A DNA stretch of 63,822 nt, the filler included, from Welwitschia mirabilis (Eukaryota): NCBI GenBank assembly GCA_051453625.1. It is 5 parts of one record of this genome, joined end to end, with 100 filler letters (N's around TTAATTAATTAA, not from the genome) between each part and the next. Parts side by side here need not be neighbours in the genome. Positions count along the whole stretch, not along the records: positions 25,544 to 55,326 come from JBOZIK010000001.1; 4 more parts are not named here. One strand, written 5' to 3'. The notes beneath the pieces were generated by a model that saw only the letters and a list, made by a program, of their open reading frames with translations, ran no database searches and had not been told where the DNA came from. Made by a program: the position numbers and the translations under genes. This document shows positions 26,620 to 40,390 of this stretch, one piece after another (within the stretch, counting starts at the first letter, position 1; the number at the start of each line of letters is the position of its first letter).

Positions 26620-27567
26620 ATAGTGAACATGATGGACAGATTGAAGGCAACAAAGCATCTAACTACTGTCAAGAACTGGCAAATTTGGAAGATTCTAATG
26701 ATGGATTTCTTGACACAAAAGAAGTGCAAGCTTGCGTGTATAAAGTTGAAACCTTTGATAGTGAAGAATAAGGATTGGCAGGAGACTAATGATACCAGAT
26801 TTCATACTTTTTACCTATAGCAACAACTTGCGTAGCACATATGCTGCAAACACAACTATGAATGGGCTTTGGAAGAAACTAACAAAGTGGCATGATGGGC
26901 CTCTGGTATGAACATGTTTAATATTTTAACTAAAGCTTTCAGTTACAAGTTTAGTTACAAGCTAAAGGAGGGTAACCCCTTCAAAACTCATTTGGATGAG
27001 ATGTAAGGTCTGTTTATGCGACTTCATACTTTATTTTTTGATTGCTCTAAAATTTTGGGATGTTTTCTGGTGCCATCTTCTTTACCTCCAACTTGGCAAC
27101 TTATAGTTAGTACATTTATCACAATAAATCCCAAACTAGCTTGTGATAATACTATTGCCACATTGTCGGGTGTCGGGTGTTGAATGTAGCAAGAAGAGTG
27201 TTGCTGCTAGGGAAACCTCTAGTGAAGCTTTGTTTGTAGACAGAGGTAAGTCTAAATCCAAAGGGCCTAATGCTAGATGTAAGAGTAGAGAGAGATCTAA
27301 CATTGAAGATTATGTTTGTTTTTGTTGCAAGAAGGTAACATGAAGAGGGATACTACAAGTTAAAAAGGAAGAACCAAGGGACTAAAAAGAAGGATGGAGA
27401 TTCTTCCAATCAGTTAAACCAAAATNNNGGAAATGCTAGAATCACTCTTATTGCTTGCTTAGGAGAAGTTTTAGTCTCCTAGTATACCCCTCATGATATT
27501 TGGATTTTATGTTCTAGTGCTTTTCTATCATGTTTGTCCACAGAGAAAAATGTTAATACCCTATTAG
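26620..27567 (+). pseudogene. Ty1/copia gag and protease-start remnant
   Basis: SEALFVDRGKSKSKG...VCFCCKK (knuckle); WILCSSAFYHVCP (WILDSGAS.H.CP protease motif); cut off by the LTR at 27568. Confidence 0.75.
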
Positions 27568-28070
27568 TGGTATAAAAACAAGTGAAGAAAGTAGAAAAGA
27601 AAACCAACAAGCACATATGTAATTTAAGATGTTTCAAACCCTTTTTACCCTACTTCCTTGCAGCAATACAAAACTCTATTAGATCAACTACAAAATTAGC
27701 AATCACAAGGAACACAAGCTATTCCCCTAGCTCAAGGCACAACCATAGATGAGATTGCAAAGGACTCCAACTGCAACTAGACCCTTATAGGGAACCCCTC
27801 GCCCTCTTTTTATAGCTTGAGGTGCCCTTAGAAATTGATACAAAGCCTTAAATTGAAATTAGGCACCCTTACTTTTGACTCTTGACTTTATTTATAACTT
27901 TCAGGCATAAAGTCCCTTTTAACATAGAAAGGATAACATAGAAAGGGACATATAAGGTTTGGCTTAATAATAACAAACAATTTCCATTTGAAGGCAAACT
28001 TCATGCCTTTCAAGTACTGTACAATAGAAAAACAATCTAAAGAGTTATGCTGGTTATAAACAAGTTAATA

Positions 28071-28715
28071 GCATTGTTTTTTGTGTGAATCTTTTGAATT
28101 TGCGCATCGCAATTCTCCGTTGCTTCACAAACATTGTGGAACCTTTGTCAATACGGTTAGTCATAGCATGATAAGTAGAATTTTTAGCCAAAGCCGAGAG
28201 CACTTTGGCTATCACAAAATAGAGCATAGTTCTTCTATTTCTTCTGCAACAAATTAAGAAATTGTCTCAGCTAGCACAATTTTCTCACAGGCTTCATCAA
28301 AGTAATGTATTTAGATTCTATTATGGACAACGTTACCATGGATTGAAGCTGCGATTACTAAAAACATATGTTATAGTGGAACGATTACTACCATTGTTCT
28401 TTGTGTGAATCTTCTGGATCTGCACATTGCCATTCTCTGCTACTTCATAAACATTGTGGAACCTTTGGTCAATATGGTTAGTCGTAGCATGATAAATAGA
28501 ATGTTTAGCCAAAGTCAAGAGCACTTTGACCATCACAAAATAAAGCATAGTTCTTCTATTTCTTCCACAACAAATTAAAAAATTGTCTCAGCTAAAACAG
28601 TTTCCTTGCAGGCTTCACAATGTAATGTATTTAGATTCTATTATGGACAAAGTTACCATGCATTGAAGCTACGATAACCAACAACACCTTCCCCAAGAGT
28701 AAAAACTTATGTTAT
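28071..28715. repeat. About 320-bp tandem duplication within copia RNase H
   Basis: cattgtt.tttgtgtgaatctt at 28072 and 28392 with colinear downstream sequence. Confidence 0.88.
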
Positions 28716-29387
28716 AGTGGAACAACTAGTGTCCACATCAAAAGCAAAATTTGGAGCAACATTTCTTGTCACTTAGAGGCTTCCTCCTCCAAACTACAAT
28801 CTATGAGAATTAGTACCTTGTAATTATCGGAGGATCCACTTAATTGCTAGCCAATGAGTCCAAGTAAGATTACTCATAAACTTGCTAACTACTTCCACGA
28901 CATGGGCAATGTCTAGCTATGTGCACACCATGGCATACATCAATGGTCCAACTGCTGATTTGCACGGGATTGATTCCATTTGCTTTTTGTCCTCTAAAAA
29001 TTAAGGGCAATCCTTTTTGCTCAATTTAAATTGAAATGCCAATGAAGTATTGACAGTATCAACATCTGCCATCCCAAAATGTTTTGAGACCTTAGAGATG
29101 TAATTCTTCTGATTGAGCCATCACAGTTCATTAGTTCTGTCCTTTCTTCATTCCAAGAGTTTGGTTGGCTAGCCTTAAGTCCTTACATCTCAAAATGGTT
29201 ACCTATTTCATGCTTCAAGTTTTAATTTCTGCCTTACCATTTTCTGCTATAAGCATATCAATAACATACAATAATAGCTTGGTGAACTTAACTCTTGCTT
29301 GCTTGAAAAAGTAAACATTGTGGCCTACTCTACATTTGCTATACTATTGCATTTTCATGAATAGATCAAACTTTCTGTACCACTGCC

Positions 29388-32300
29388 TGTTGATATGTGA
29401 AGCCAAATATGTTATTTCTGTTGAAATGTTATGTTTTAACATTGACCCCTATTTAATGTTATAAAAGGGGATTGGCTTGTAACCCTAACCCTAAGGGTAT
29501 ATAAACCTGTTAGAGGGTGGTTTGTTGTATCTAGACACGTTTGCTCCCAATCAATCAATAGAGCTCTACATTGCTTCTCGTGGACGTAGGGTAAAAAGAA
29601 CCCGAACCACATAAATTCTGTGTTGTTGCTTTTCTTTGCTTGCTATTCCATTTTGTTTCAGTACATTCTTGCTGTTAAATTTGCAACAAGTGGCATCAGA
29701 GCGAGGTTGGAAGTAATTTTTGTGAGCAAAGCATGAGGGTTGCGAGCGTAGCGAGCCCTTTGCGAAGCGCGCGAGCGAATGTTTTCTTTGCAATTCCAGA
29801 TCAAAGTGCTAGGGTTTCAAATGGAGTGTCTGCAAACAATAGACAGACTTTTGGGCCCAAAAAGTTGGGGTGTTTAGAAAATCTTGATGGAAGAGATTCT
29901 GCAGCAAAAGGGATGTAAAATTGCTCTAAAGACAAAAGCACAAGCAAAGGCAGATCTGAAGATGGATGCCAAGGCTTGGTTGGCCTTCATGCCAAATGCC
30001 AAATGGGACGGGATAAATTCCAATGCCTTGTCTTTCATTTTCCCCTCTCTCAGCAATATCATGTTGAAGGCTTATTTAAGAGTTCTATTAAGAACTCTGG
30101 TAAAAGTTGAAAGACCAGTACGATCAACCATCTATGATAAATAGGTATGTGGTCCTTCGCCAAGATTTTACTATAAAAATGAAGAAAGGAACAAAATTTT
30201 TGAGTCATTTGGATGAGATGCAAAATATATTTTCGCACATCGATTATCTTGGGATCACATTTATGGAGGAGATGCACATTACTGCCATCCTGATTTCGCC
30301 TTAGAGCTGGTCGAATATTGTAACTCTGATTCTAACGTCTGTTGGTAAGAACAGTTTGACACTTGAAGAACTTATTGCAATGTTATTGGATATTGAAAAG
30401 CAGAATGCCTTTGGTTTATCTAGTAGTGAGAAACAAGGTGAAGCTTTCACAAAACATAGAGGATGTTCGCAATCTAAGGGAGGACATGGTAGAAGCAAGA
30501 GCTAGCTAGATCCAAAGGCAGGGACATTGTCTGCCATTATTGCAAGAAGAAAAGATATATGATAAGAGATTGCTGAAAGCTTAAAGAAAAATGTAAGAAG
30601 AGGGATGAAAAGAACAAGAATGCTTCTCCTTTTGCTCCATTTCGGATAGTGAAGCTGACATTGCTCTATTAACGCAGGGAGGAGACGTTAATGTCTTTGC
30701 GTACTCAGTTCCAGAGGTTTGGATAATTGATATTAGTGGCTCATTTCATGTTTGCCCAAGTAAAGAGTTCTTTTTTATTTTTTACTTTTAGGGAGCTTGT
30801 CGCTAATTGTTCATGTATTTGGTTGGGAGATAATCACAAATATGAGATGAATGGCAAAGGAACGGCTNNNNNNNNNNNNNNNNNNNNNNNNNNNNNNNNN
30901 NNNNNNNNNNNNNNNNNNNNNNNNNNNNNNNNNNNNNNNNNNNNNNNNNNNNNNNNNNNNNNNNNNNTGCCCAAGTAAAGAGTTCTTTTTTATTTTTTAC
31001 TTTTAGGGAGCTTGTCGCTAATGGTTCATGTATTTGGTTGGGAGATAATCACAAATATGAGATGAATGGCAAAGGAACGGCTGTCCTCATGAGGCAGAAT
31101 GGCTAGACCATCACTTTGACCAATGTTAGACATATTCCAAGTTTGGCAAAGAATCTGATTTCAACTGGTCGACTTAGTAACAATGGTTTTACAACCACAT
31201 TTGATAGCAGCTCTTGTAAAATCAACAAAGGAGTATTAGTGATTGCCTGTGGGAGCAGAGAAGGTACGATGTATGTTTTATGTTCTGTTAATCCTGTTAG
31301 TTCAGCTTGTGTGGATAGTGGAGAAGTTGCAGCAGGTACTTGGCACAAGTGTCTTGGGCATCTGAGCGAAGTTGGTCTGCAGGAACTTATTTCTAAAGTT
31401 TTATTGCCAAAAGTTTCTCTCTTCTCTAATTTTTGTTCAGATTGTGTGATTGGTAAAAGTAGGAAAGTGAATTTTAGAAGAGACAGTAAGCGTTTAAAAC
31501 AACATAGATTAGAGTTAATTCATTCTGATTTGGTTGGCCCCATTAGACACACCTCTTTGGGAGGTGCTGTATATTTCATTACTTTTGTTGAAGATTTTTC
31601 TAGAAAGCTATGGTTGTATCCTTTAAAATCAAAAGATGAAGGTTTTTAGGCATTTAGAATTTTTAAGGCCTGANNNNNNNNNNNNNNNNNNNNNNNNNNN
31701 NNNNNNNNNNNNNNNNNNNNNNNNNNNNNNNNNNNNNNNNNNNNNNNNNNNNNNNNNNNNNNNNNNNNNNNNNGTGTGTGGAAGATTTTGCGAGAAAGCT
31801 ATGGTTGTCTCCTTTAAAAGCAAACTATGAAGGTTTTTAGGCATTTAGAATTTTTAAGGCCTGACTTGAGAATGAAACTAGTTGGAAAATTAAAGAATTG
31901 ATGAGAGATAATTGAAATGAGTTTACTTCCAAAGAGTTTGAGAATGTTTGCAGGGAAGCTGGAATTATTCATCACAGAACCGTGCCTAGAAGTCTACAAC
32001 AAAATGGAGTTGCTAAAAGGCAAAATAGGACCATGTTGGAAAGAGTGAGAGCTGTTCTCACACATTCTAGTTTGACCAAATAGTTTTGGGCTGAAGTTGG
32101 AAGTACCATTGCATATTTGCTGAACAGATGTCCACATAATGGAATTGATGGATAGGTACTAGAATGCCAATGGAGTGGGAGTTCTGTTCCTTACTGGCAC
32201 CTTGGGACGATTGGATGTGAAGCCTATGCTTATTAATAGAGTGCTTCAAAGCTTGGAGAAAGGGCCATAAAATGTGTGTTTGTGGGTTACGGTGGTGATG

Positions 32301-35300
32301 ACCGTGGTTACAGGCTGTGGGATCCTATGGAAAAGAAGGTATTTAAATTACGTGATGTGGTTTTTAATAAAGATATAATGTATTTTAAATCACAGGAGAG
32401 GATTCAGAATGAGGAAATATCTGATCCTAGCACCCTTTTGAAGCCTGTCAGTATTCCAAATCAGTTTCAAACTCATCGCATGATTGAAGATAATTCTCGA
32501 TGTAACTCTTCTGAGGAGGAAGAGGAAGAAGTGGAATATGAGAATGTTCCTGAAATTGGATTTGAACTTGAACAGAATGTAGAGAACTTTCAAACACCAT
32601 ATCATTGGGTTGGGCGTTCTACTAGGCCAATCAAACCAGTTGCCAGGTATTCTCCATCATTGAATTATATTCTTTATATAGATGCAGGAGAACCAGAGTC
32701 ATATCAGGAAGCCATTTGCAGNNNNNNNNNNNNNNNNNNNNNNNNNNNNNNNNNNNNNNNNNNNNNNNNNNNNNNNNNNNNNNNNNNNNNNNNNNNNNNN
32801 NNNNNNNNNNNNNNNNNNNNNNNNNNNNNNNNNNNNNNNNNNNNNNNNNNNNNNNNNNNNNNNNNNNNNNNNNNNNNNNNNNNNNNNNNNNNNNNNNNNN
32901 NNNNNNNNNNNNNNNNNNNNNNNNNNNNNNNNNNNNNNNNNNNNNNNNNNNNNNNNNNNNNNNNNNNNNNNNNNNNNNNNNNNNNNNNNNNNNNNNNNNN
33001 NNNNNNNNNNNNNNNNNNNNNNNNNNNNNAAACTACATTCTTGCATGGTGATTTGCAAGAAGAAATTTATATGGAAAAGCCAGAAAGTTTTGGGAATGGC
33101 AAGAACTTGGTGTGCAGGTTGAAGAGAAGTTAATATGGCCTAAAACAGGCACCCAGGCAATGGTACAAGAAATTTGACACCTTCATGATGGAATAGGAAT
33201 ATGAAAGATGCAAAGTAGATCACTGTTTATCTGATGAGAAGCACTATGGGATTACCATTCTGTTATTATATGTAGATGATATGTTGATTGCTGGGAATGA
33301 TTTACATGAAGTTCGGAGATTGAAATCATAGATGGCATAGAAGTTTTCAACAAAAGACCTTTAGGCATGCAAAACAAATCCTTGGAATGAGGATTGAGCG
33401 AGACAGGAAAAGTGGGAAATTGTGGCTGAGTAAATCTGGTTATATTTGTAAGACCTTAAAAAGGTTCAACATGGCTAACTATTCTCCTGTTTCTACTCCA
33501 TCAGCGGGACACTTTGAACTGTCAAAAGAAGNNNNNNNNNNNNNNNNNNNNNNNNNNNNNNNNNNNNNNNNNNNNNNNNNNNNNNNNNNNNNNNNNNNNN
33601 NNNNNNNNNNNNNNNNNNNNNNNNNNNNNNNNNNNNNNNNNNNNNNNNNNNNNNNNNNNNNNNNNNNNNNNNNNNNNNNNNNNNNNNNNNNNNNNNNNNN
33701 NNNNNNNNNNNNNNNNNNNNNNNNNNNNNNNNNNNNNNNNNNNNNNNNNNNNNNNNNNNNNNNNNNNNNNNNNNNNNNNNNNNNNNNNNNNNNNNNNNNN
33801 NNNNNNNNNNNNNNNNNNNNNNNNNNNNNNNNNNNNNNNNNNNNNNNNNNNNNNNNNNNNNNNNNNNNNNNNNNNNNNNNNNNNNNNNNNNNNNNNNNNN
33901 NNNNNNNNNNNNNNNNNNNNNNNNNNNNNNNNNNNNNNNNNNNNNNNNNNNNNNNNNNNNNNNNNNNNNNNNNNNNNNNNNNNNNNNNNNNNNNNNNNNN
34001 NNNNNNNNNNNNNNNNNNNNNNNNNNNNNNNNNNNNNNNNNNNNNNNNNNNNNNNNNNNNNNNNNNNNNNNNNNNNNNNNNNNNNNNNNNNNNNNNNNNN
34101 NNNNNNNNNNNNNNNNNNNNNNNNNNNNNNNNNNNNNNNNNNNNNNNNNNNNNNNNNNNNNNNNNNNNNNNNNNNNNNNNNNNNNNNNNNNNNNNNNNNN
34201 NNNNNNNNNNNNNNNNNNNNNNNNNNNNNNNNNNNNNNNNNNNNNNNNNNNNNNNNNNNNNNNNNNNNNNNNNNNNNNNNNNNNNNNNNNNNNNNNNNNN
34301 NNNNNNNNNNNNNNNNNNNNNNNNNNNNNNNNNNNNNNNNNNNNNNNNNNNNNNNNNNNNNNNNNNNNNNNNNNNNNNNNNNNNNNNNNNNNNNNNNNNN
34401 NNNNNNNNNNNNNNNNNNNNNNNNNNNNNNNNNNNNNNNNNNNNNNNNNNNNNNNNNNNNNNNNNNNNNNNNNNNNNNNNNNNNNNNNNNNNNNNNNNNN
34501 NNNNNNNNNNNNNNNNNNNNNNNNCGTGGAAAACCCTAATGTGGGGAAAAACCACAGAAGCAATGCAGAGCTCTCTATTAGAATGAAAAAGACAAGGACA
34601 CAAGCCGTCTTTACTAGCCAATATTGCAACTCTTGACTCCCACACACCTTATAGCATTCCATGCCTCTATTTCCTTTAATATTAAATTACAACAAGAAGG
34701 GGACTATATAAAAATATATAAGTCAAATTACAAAGGAACAAATAACATCAAGAGATTTGGCTTCAATTCCAACAGTTTCTAGGTACATGAGTAATCCTGG
34801 AAGGACACATTGAAGCAGTTAAGTGGATTTTGTGATACTTGAAAGGTACTCAAGATTATTCTTTGTGCTTTAGTGGTTCTGGCTTGAAAGTTGTTAGTTA
34901 CTCCAATGCAAATTTTGCAGGTTGTGAAAATCTACTACAGGTTATGTATGTACACTTGGATGTGGAGCTGTCAGTTGGATGTCGCGTCTTCAGAGTGATG
35001 TAGCTTTGTCCATTACAGAGGCTGAGTATATTGCTTTGATTGAGACAACCAAGGAGATGATTTGGTTGAGATGCATGCTTAAGTGGTTTGGCCTTCCTCA
35101 AAACAAGTACTCTATTTATTATGATAGCCAGAGTGCTGTTCACTTGGCTAAGAATGTTGCATTTCATGCTCGAACAAAGCATCTTCACGTGAAATATCAC
35201 TTGATTCGGGATGTGTCAGAGAAGGAGGTAGCCCATATTGTTAGAATCAGAACAGAAGATAATCTTACTGATTTTCTCACGAAGTTGCAAGCATCACACC

Positions 35301-35828
35301 TGCATGGAAGGTGTTGGACTTCAGGGTTTTTGATTTGGAGGCATTAGAAAGCATTACATCTCTTGAGTTTCATAAGGAGCTAATCTTGAAGGAACGGGAA
35401 ATTTGTCTTTAAGTGGGAGAGTGTTGATATGTAAAGCCAAATATTTTACTTCTACTAAAATGTTATGTTTTAACATTGACCCCTATTTAAAGTTGTACAA
35501 GGGGATTGGCTTGTAACCCTAACCTTAAGNNNNNNNNNNNNNNNNNNNNNNNNNNNNNNNNNNNNNNNNNNNNNNNNNNNNNNNNNNNNNNNNNNNNNNN
35601 NNNNNNNNNNNNNNNNNNNNNNNNNNNNNCCCTAGGGCTATATAAACCTGTTAAAGGGTTGTTTGTTGTATTTGGACATATTTGCTCCTAATCAATCAAT
35701 AGAGCTCTGCATTGCTTCTCGTGGCCATAGGGTAAAAAGAGCCAAACCACATAAATCTTGTGTTGTTGCTTTTGTTTGCTTGTTGTTCTATTTTGTTTCA
35801 GTACATTTTTGCTATTAAATTTGCAACA
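29388..35828 (+). mobile_element. Full-length Tnt1/Tork-like Ty1/copia retrotransposon, coding regions disrupted
   Basis: LTRs 29388-29688 and 35422-35828 (TG...CA); PBS TGGCATCAGAGC 29691-29702; PPT aagtgggagag 35411-35421; perfect 5-bp TSD CTGCC; gag-PR-INT-RT-RH order. Confidence 0.95.
34526..34774 (-). repeat. LTR end of an element nested in the RT of the 29388-35828 copia (rest in gap)
   Basis: Ends tccaaca, immediately followed by host RT VSRYMSNPG; similar to 25544-25698. Confidence 0.75.
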
Positions 35829-36822
35829 CTGCCTTCAGGCTTGTTTAAGACCATATAGACTTTGTCTTAGCCTGCATATGAAATTAGGATGCTTGAGATC
35901 AACAATACTTTCTGGCGAAACCATATAGATTTCTTTTTCCAAATCCTCATGCATGAACGCATTTTTAACATCTAGCTACTCTAGTACCAAATCTAAATAG
36001 GCAGTCAAAGACAAAGCAATTCTAATACAAGATTCCTTAAAATTGGAGAAAAGTTCTTGGCAAAATCAATACCCTGCTGCTGTTTGGAACCTTTTACTAC
36101 AAGACTTCCCTTGGAATTAGTAAGATCATGCAAATCTTTCTTTACTTGAAAGAGCCATATGTTGTGCATTGCTTCTTTATCCTTTGGCTGATGTACCAGC
36201 TCCTGTGTGTGATAAGCTATAAATGATTTCTACTTATCATACATTACAACATCCCGCTATCTGTAATCAATGCATGACTTTGCTTTTGAAATAGTTTTTG
36301 GTTCTCCTTCATCAATTAGTAAAATATAATTTAAAGAAGAAGAATACCTGTTGGGTTTCTTTGTTACATGAGTGGACCTCCTTACTCAATGTGAAGGAAC
36401 CTCCTCTTCTTCATTTTGACTTCTTGCTCTTCCTATTCTACATACATGTTATTTTCTTCTTCATTTTGAGGAATGTCTTCATTGCCAACACTATCTTCTT
36501 GTTGCTCATTTCATCATTATCATGATGTGCAAACACTTTGGTAGACTCTGTTTGAGTAAAGGCAGGATTAGGCATTTTCCTATCTTGATTTTTAACCTAG
36601 TTGGGATAAAACAGAGAATTTGATCTGGAAATCTTATCTGAAAATCACATCCCTAGATCTAACCACATATTTACAAGCATGATTCCAAAGTCTATATCCA
36701 CGATCGTCAGTGCCATAACCAANNNNNNNNNNNNNNNNNNNNNNNNNNNNNNNNNNNNNNNNNNNNNNNNNNNNNNNNNNNNNNNNNNNNNNNNNNNNNN
36801 NNNNNNNNNNNNNNNNNNNNNN

Positions 36823-37737
36823 CAAATACTTATCTTTGAACTAAGGCATCTCGAACAACTTCTTTAGGCACTTTGGTAGATCTATTAACAAGTTGAATTA
36901 CTAAGTGCAATCTTTTAGGACTTTCAAGCCCTAATTGCTCATAAAGGGAATAAGGCATAGGTTTTATACTAGATCCAAGACCTGAAGGGCTATATTCATT
37001 GTATGTTTTGCCAAGTTAGCATGAAATAATGGGAGAACATGGATCTTTATACTTAGAAGGAACTTGATTTTGTACCATCGTAGTAACATTTAGGGTTAAC
37101 AATGCATTGCTTTTAACATTATATTTTCCCTTGATTGTGATAAGATCCTTAAGAATTTTAGCTTAACTAGGGATTTGCTTAATTGCATCCAATAATGGCA
37201 TATTCATTTTCACTCCCTTAAAGATTGCTAAGATTTTTCTCATGTTCCTTTGTTTTCTTATTTTCTTTGTATAGATTAGGAAAAGGCAAAGGAGGACCAT
37301 GTTTTATAGGTGTCAGGATCGTTGTTTTCATTATGCTGCTTATGTGTTTCTTTACTAGATGTTTCTTGTTTTTTCCCCCTAAGTTTGGGGTTTTTTTTCC
37401 CACTGTTGGTTTCTAAAAGATTAGAAGATGCCACATTATTAACTAGTGTTTCCATAACATTTGTTTGCCTCCTAAGTTGATTTTGATTATTTGTTTGATT
37501 GTTTCTAAGAGGTTTTCTTTGGTTAATGGTGTCATGGATGTCATTGGATATTGTTTGAAGTTGTTGTGTATTTTGCTTTATCCTAGCAAACCCAACATCA
37601 TAATTTCCATTGATTTGCTTTTGTGATCATTTGTTATGGCTTGAAGTTGTTGTATATTTTGCTTTATTCTAGAAAACCCATCATCATAATTTTCATTGAT
37701 TTGCTTTTGTCATGTCATAAAGTGGGCTAAAATATTT
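36823..37737 (-). pseudogene. Athila-like Ty3/gypsy gag-protease fragment
   Basis: PPLPFPNL; NMPLLDAIKQIPS*AKILKDL; PSKYKDPCSPIISC; IQLVNRSTKVPKEVVRDALVQ. Confidence 0.8.
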
Positions 37738-40390
37738 TGTTATGAAAACAACCAAAAAAGGTAGAAAAGAAAACAAATAAGCGCACACAAACAATTTAAC
37801 AACATTTGGGCCCTTTTTACCCTACTTCCTTGAATCAACAAATAGCTTTGTTAGATCAATTATAAGACTCGAAACCACCAAGAACATAAGTTGTTCCTCT
37901 AGCTCAAACCACAATCACAAGCAAGATTGCAAATGACTCCAATCATGGCCACACCTCACAAGGAACCCCTACCCTCCTTTTATAGTGCTACGTAGCCTTT
38001 GAGTTTGATAGAAAGCCCTAAATTAACATGGACCCAACACACCTTTTTTTTTTTTTTGCCTTTTCTGCGAGATCTTTTGACTTTATTTTTAACTTTGGAA
38101 CATAAGGCTAGTTTTAACATCACAAAGGAAATATAAGGTTTAGCTTCATAATAACTAACAGTCTCCCACTTGCAAGAAAACTTCCTACCTTTCAAGCAAC
38201 ATAGAATAGAAAAAACAACTGAAGGACTTGGGCTGGTTATAAACAAGCTTCATGTTATGAAGCTACAAGTCCAAGTAATGAAACGCAAGGTTGATTGTTC
38301 CCTATAGTTACAACCTTTGCCAAACTATCAACAACAGTGTTTTTTGTATGAATCTTCCTGAACATAGTGAAATCTCAGGTTAATATGCTTAGGCCTAGCA
38401 TGATAAGCAAAATTTTTAGCCAAGTGAAGAGCGCTTTGACCATCACAAAACAAAGGATAATTCTTCTATTTTTTTGCCCAACAAATCAAGAAATTATCTC
38501 AGCCACAACATTTTATGACATGCTTCTATCAAAGTAATGTATTCAAATTTTGTTGTGGACCAAGTTATTAAGAATTGAAGTCATGATCACCAACCAACAA
38601 CATCTTCACCAAGAGTAAAAACATACTTTGTAATGCAACATCTAGTGTACACATCAGCAATAAAATCCGCATCAACATATCTTGTCACTTGGAGGCTTTC
38701 TCTTCCAAATTGCAATCTATGAAATTGACTACCTTTAAGTATCATAGGATCCACTTAACTACTAGCTAGGGAGTCCAATCAGGATTACTCATAAACCTAC
38801 TAACCACTGCCATTGAACATGCAATGTCTGACCATGCGTAAACCATGGCATAGCTTAATGATCTGACTACTGCTTTGTATGTGATTGATTCCATCTGCTT
38901 CTCATCCTTTAAAGATTAAGGACAATCCTTCTTGCTCAATTTAAAGTGAGATGCCAAAGGAATACTCCAAGCATATCATTAATGTACAATAACTGTAGGG
39001 TGAACTTACCTTTCATTTACCTAGAGAGGTCAACACAGTGGTATGCTTTGTATTTGCTGTACTATTGCACTTTCATAAATGAATCAAACTTCTTGTACCA
39101 CTTCCTTTGGGCTTGTTAAAGAGTATATAGACTTTTCTTGGCCTGCTCACGAAATTAGAATGCTTAGGATCAACAAAAACTTCTAATTCAACCACTTAAA
39201 TTTGTTCTTTCAAATCCCTATCCCAGAATGCGGTTTTAACATCTAGCTACTTTAGTTCTAGATCTAATTAGGCAGTCAAAGACAAAACAATTCTGATAGA
39301 AGACTACTTAACAACTGGAGAAAAGATTTCAATAAAATCAATATGCAGTTTCTATTCAAAACCCTTTAACGCAAATCTTGCCTTGTACTTGGTAAGACCA
39401 TCCAAATCATCCTTTAGTTGAAAGAGCCATTTGCTATGCAATGCGTTATTAGCCTTTAGCAACTATGCTAGTTCCCATGTGTGATTAGCCATGATTTCCA
39501 CTTATCATATGTTGTAGCCTCCCACTACTTCTAATCATTGTATGACTTTTCTTCTGAAACAGTCTTTGATTCTCCTCCATCAATTAGTGAAACATAATTT
39601 AAAGAAGGAGAATACTTGTCGGTTTACTTTCTTACCCACGTGGACCTTCTCACGCAATGTGAAGGAACCTCTACTTATGTTCTGCCTCCCTATTATGTTC
39701 TTTTTTGCTTTGAGGAATGTCTTTATTGCATGCAGTATCTTCCTATTACTTGCTTTTATCATCATCGTCATGAGCAAACACTTTGGTGGACTCTTTCTAA
39801 GGGAAGATAGAAACAAGCATTTTCCCATCTTGATTTGCAACCTACTTGGAATAAAACAAAGAATATTCTCTAAACATCACATCCCTAGATCTAACCACCT
39901 ATTTACAAGCAAAATCTAAAGTCTATACCCACAATCATCATGGCCATAACCAACAAAGATACATCTATGTGCCCTATCATCCATCATGGACCTATGAGAT
40001 TTCTGTACATGCCCATAAGCTTCATAGCCAAAAACTAAAGTGCTGCTGGGAGATTTCCTTTCCTCTTCACACAGTTTCTATTATGCTTCTAGTATGCTTT
40101 TGCTACCATGCTTCATTTCAAAAACATTTGAGAAGACCTGCTTTTGCTACCATGCTTCTAGTATGCTTTAACAAAGTTCTATTGCATTTGTTTACCGCTC
40201 GGTTCTATTGGGGAGTTTTAGGAGTAGTATGTATATCTAGAATTTTTTTTTGGTTGGGAAAATCAGAAAAGGCATGTGAGATGTGTTCACCTTCATTATC
40301 TGTGAGGAGCTTTTTAACTTTCAACACTATCTGAGTTCTTGCATTGACGTTCAATATCATTTCATTAGGAAGGTTGTTAGGAAACAATTG
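37738..40390 (-). mobile_element. Second copy of the minus-strand copia family (3' LTR 37738-38160, PPT, RH, RT, INT part)
   Basis: LTR similar to 27568-27979; PPT complement gtctcccactt at 38161; INT LLTDNEGEH...PKTPQ; RT and RH motifs. Confidence 0.85.

Larger units (their letters stand above)
27568..36722 (-). mobile_element. Ty1/copia element 3' portion (3' LTR 27568-27979, RH, RT, INT end), split by the 29388-35828 insertion
   Basis: LTR matches 37738-38160; RH/RT motifs; RT YGLKQA/RQWY motif rejoins across the insertion; GYGTDDRGYRLWNH. Confidence 0.85.

Noticed and set aside
30750..31082. Direct duplications flanking ~100-N gaps (also 31591-31863, near 35520-35640, 57908-58021)
   Set aside because: Near-identical sequence on both sides of fixed-size gaps indicates unmerged overlapping contig ends
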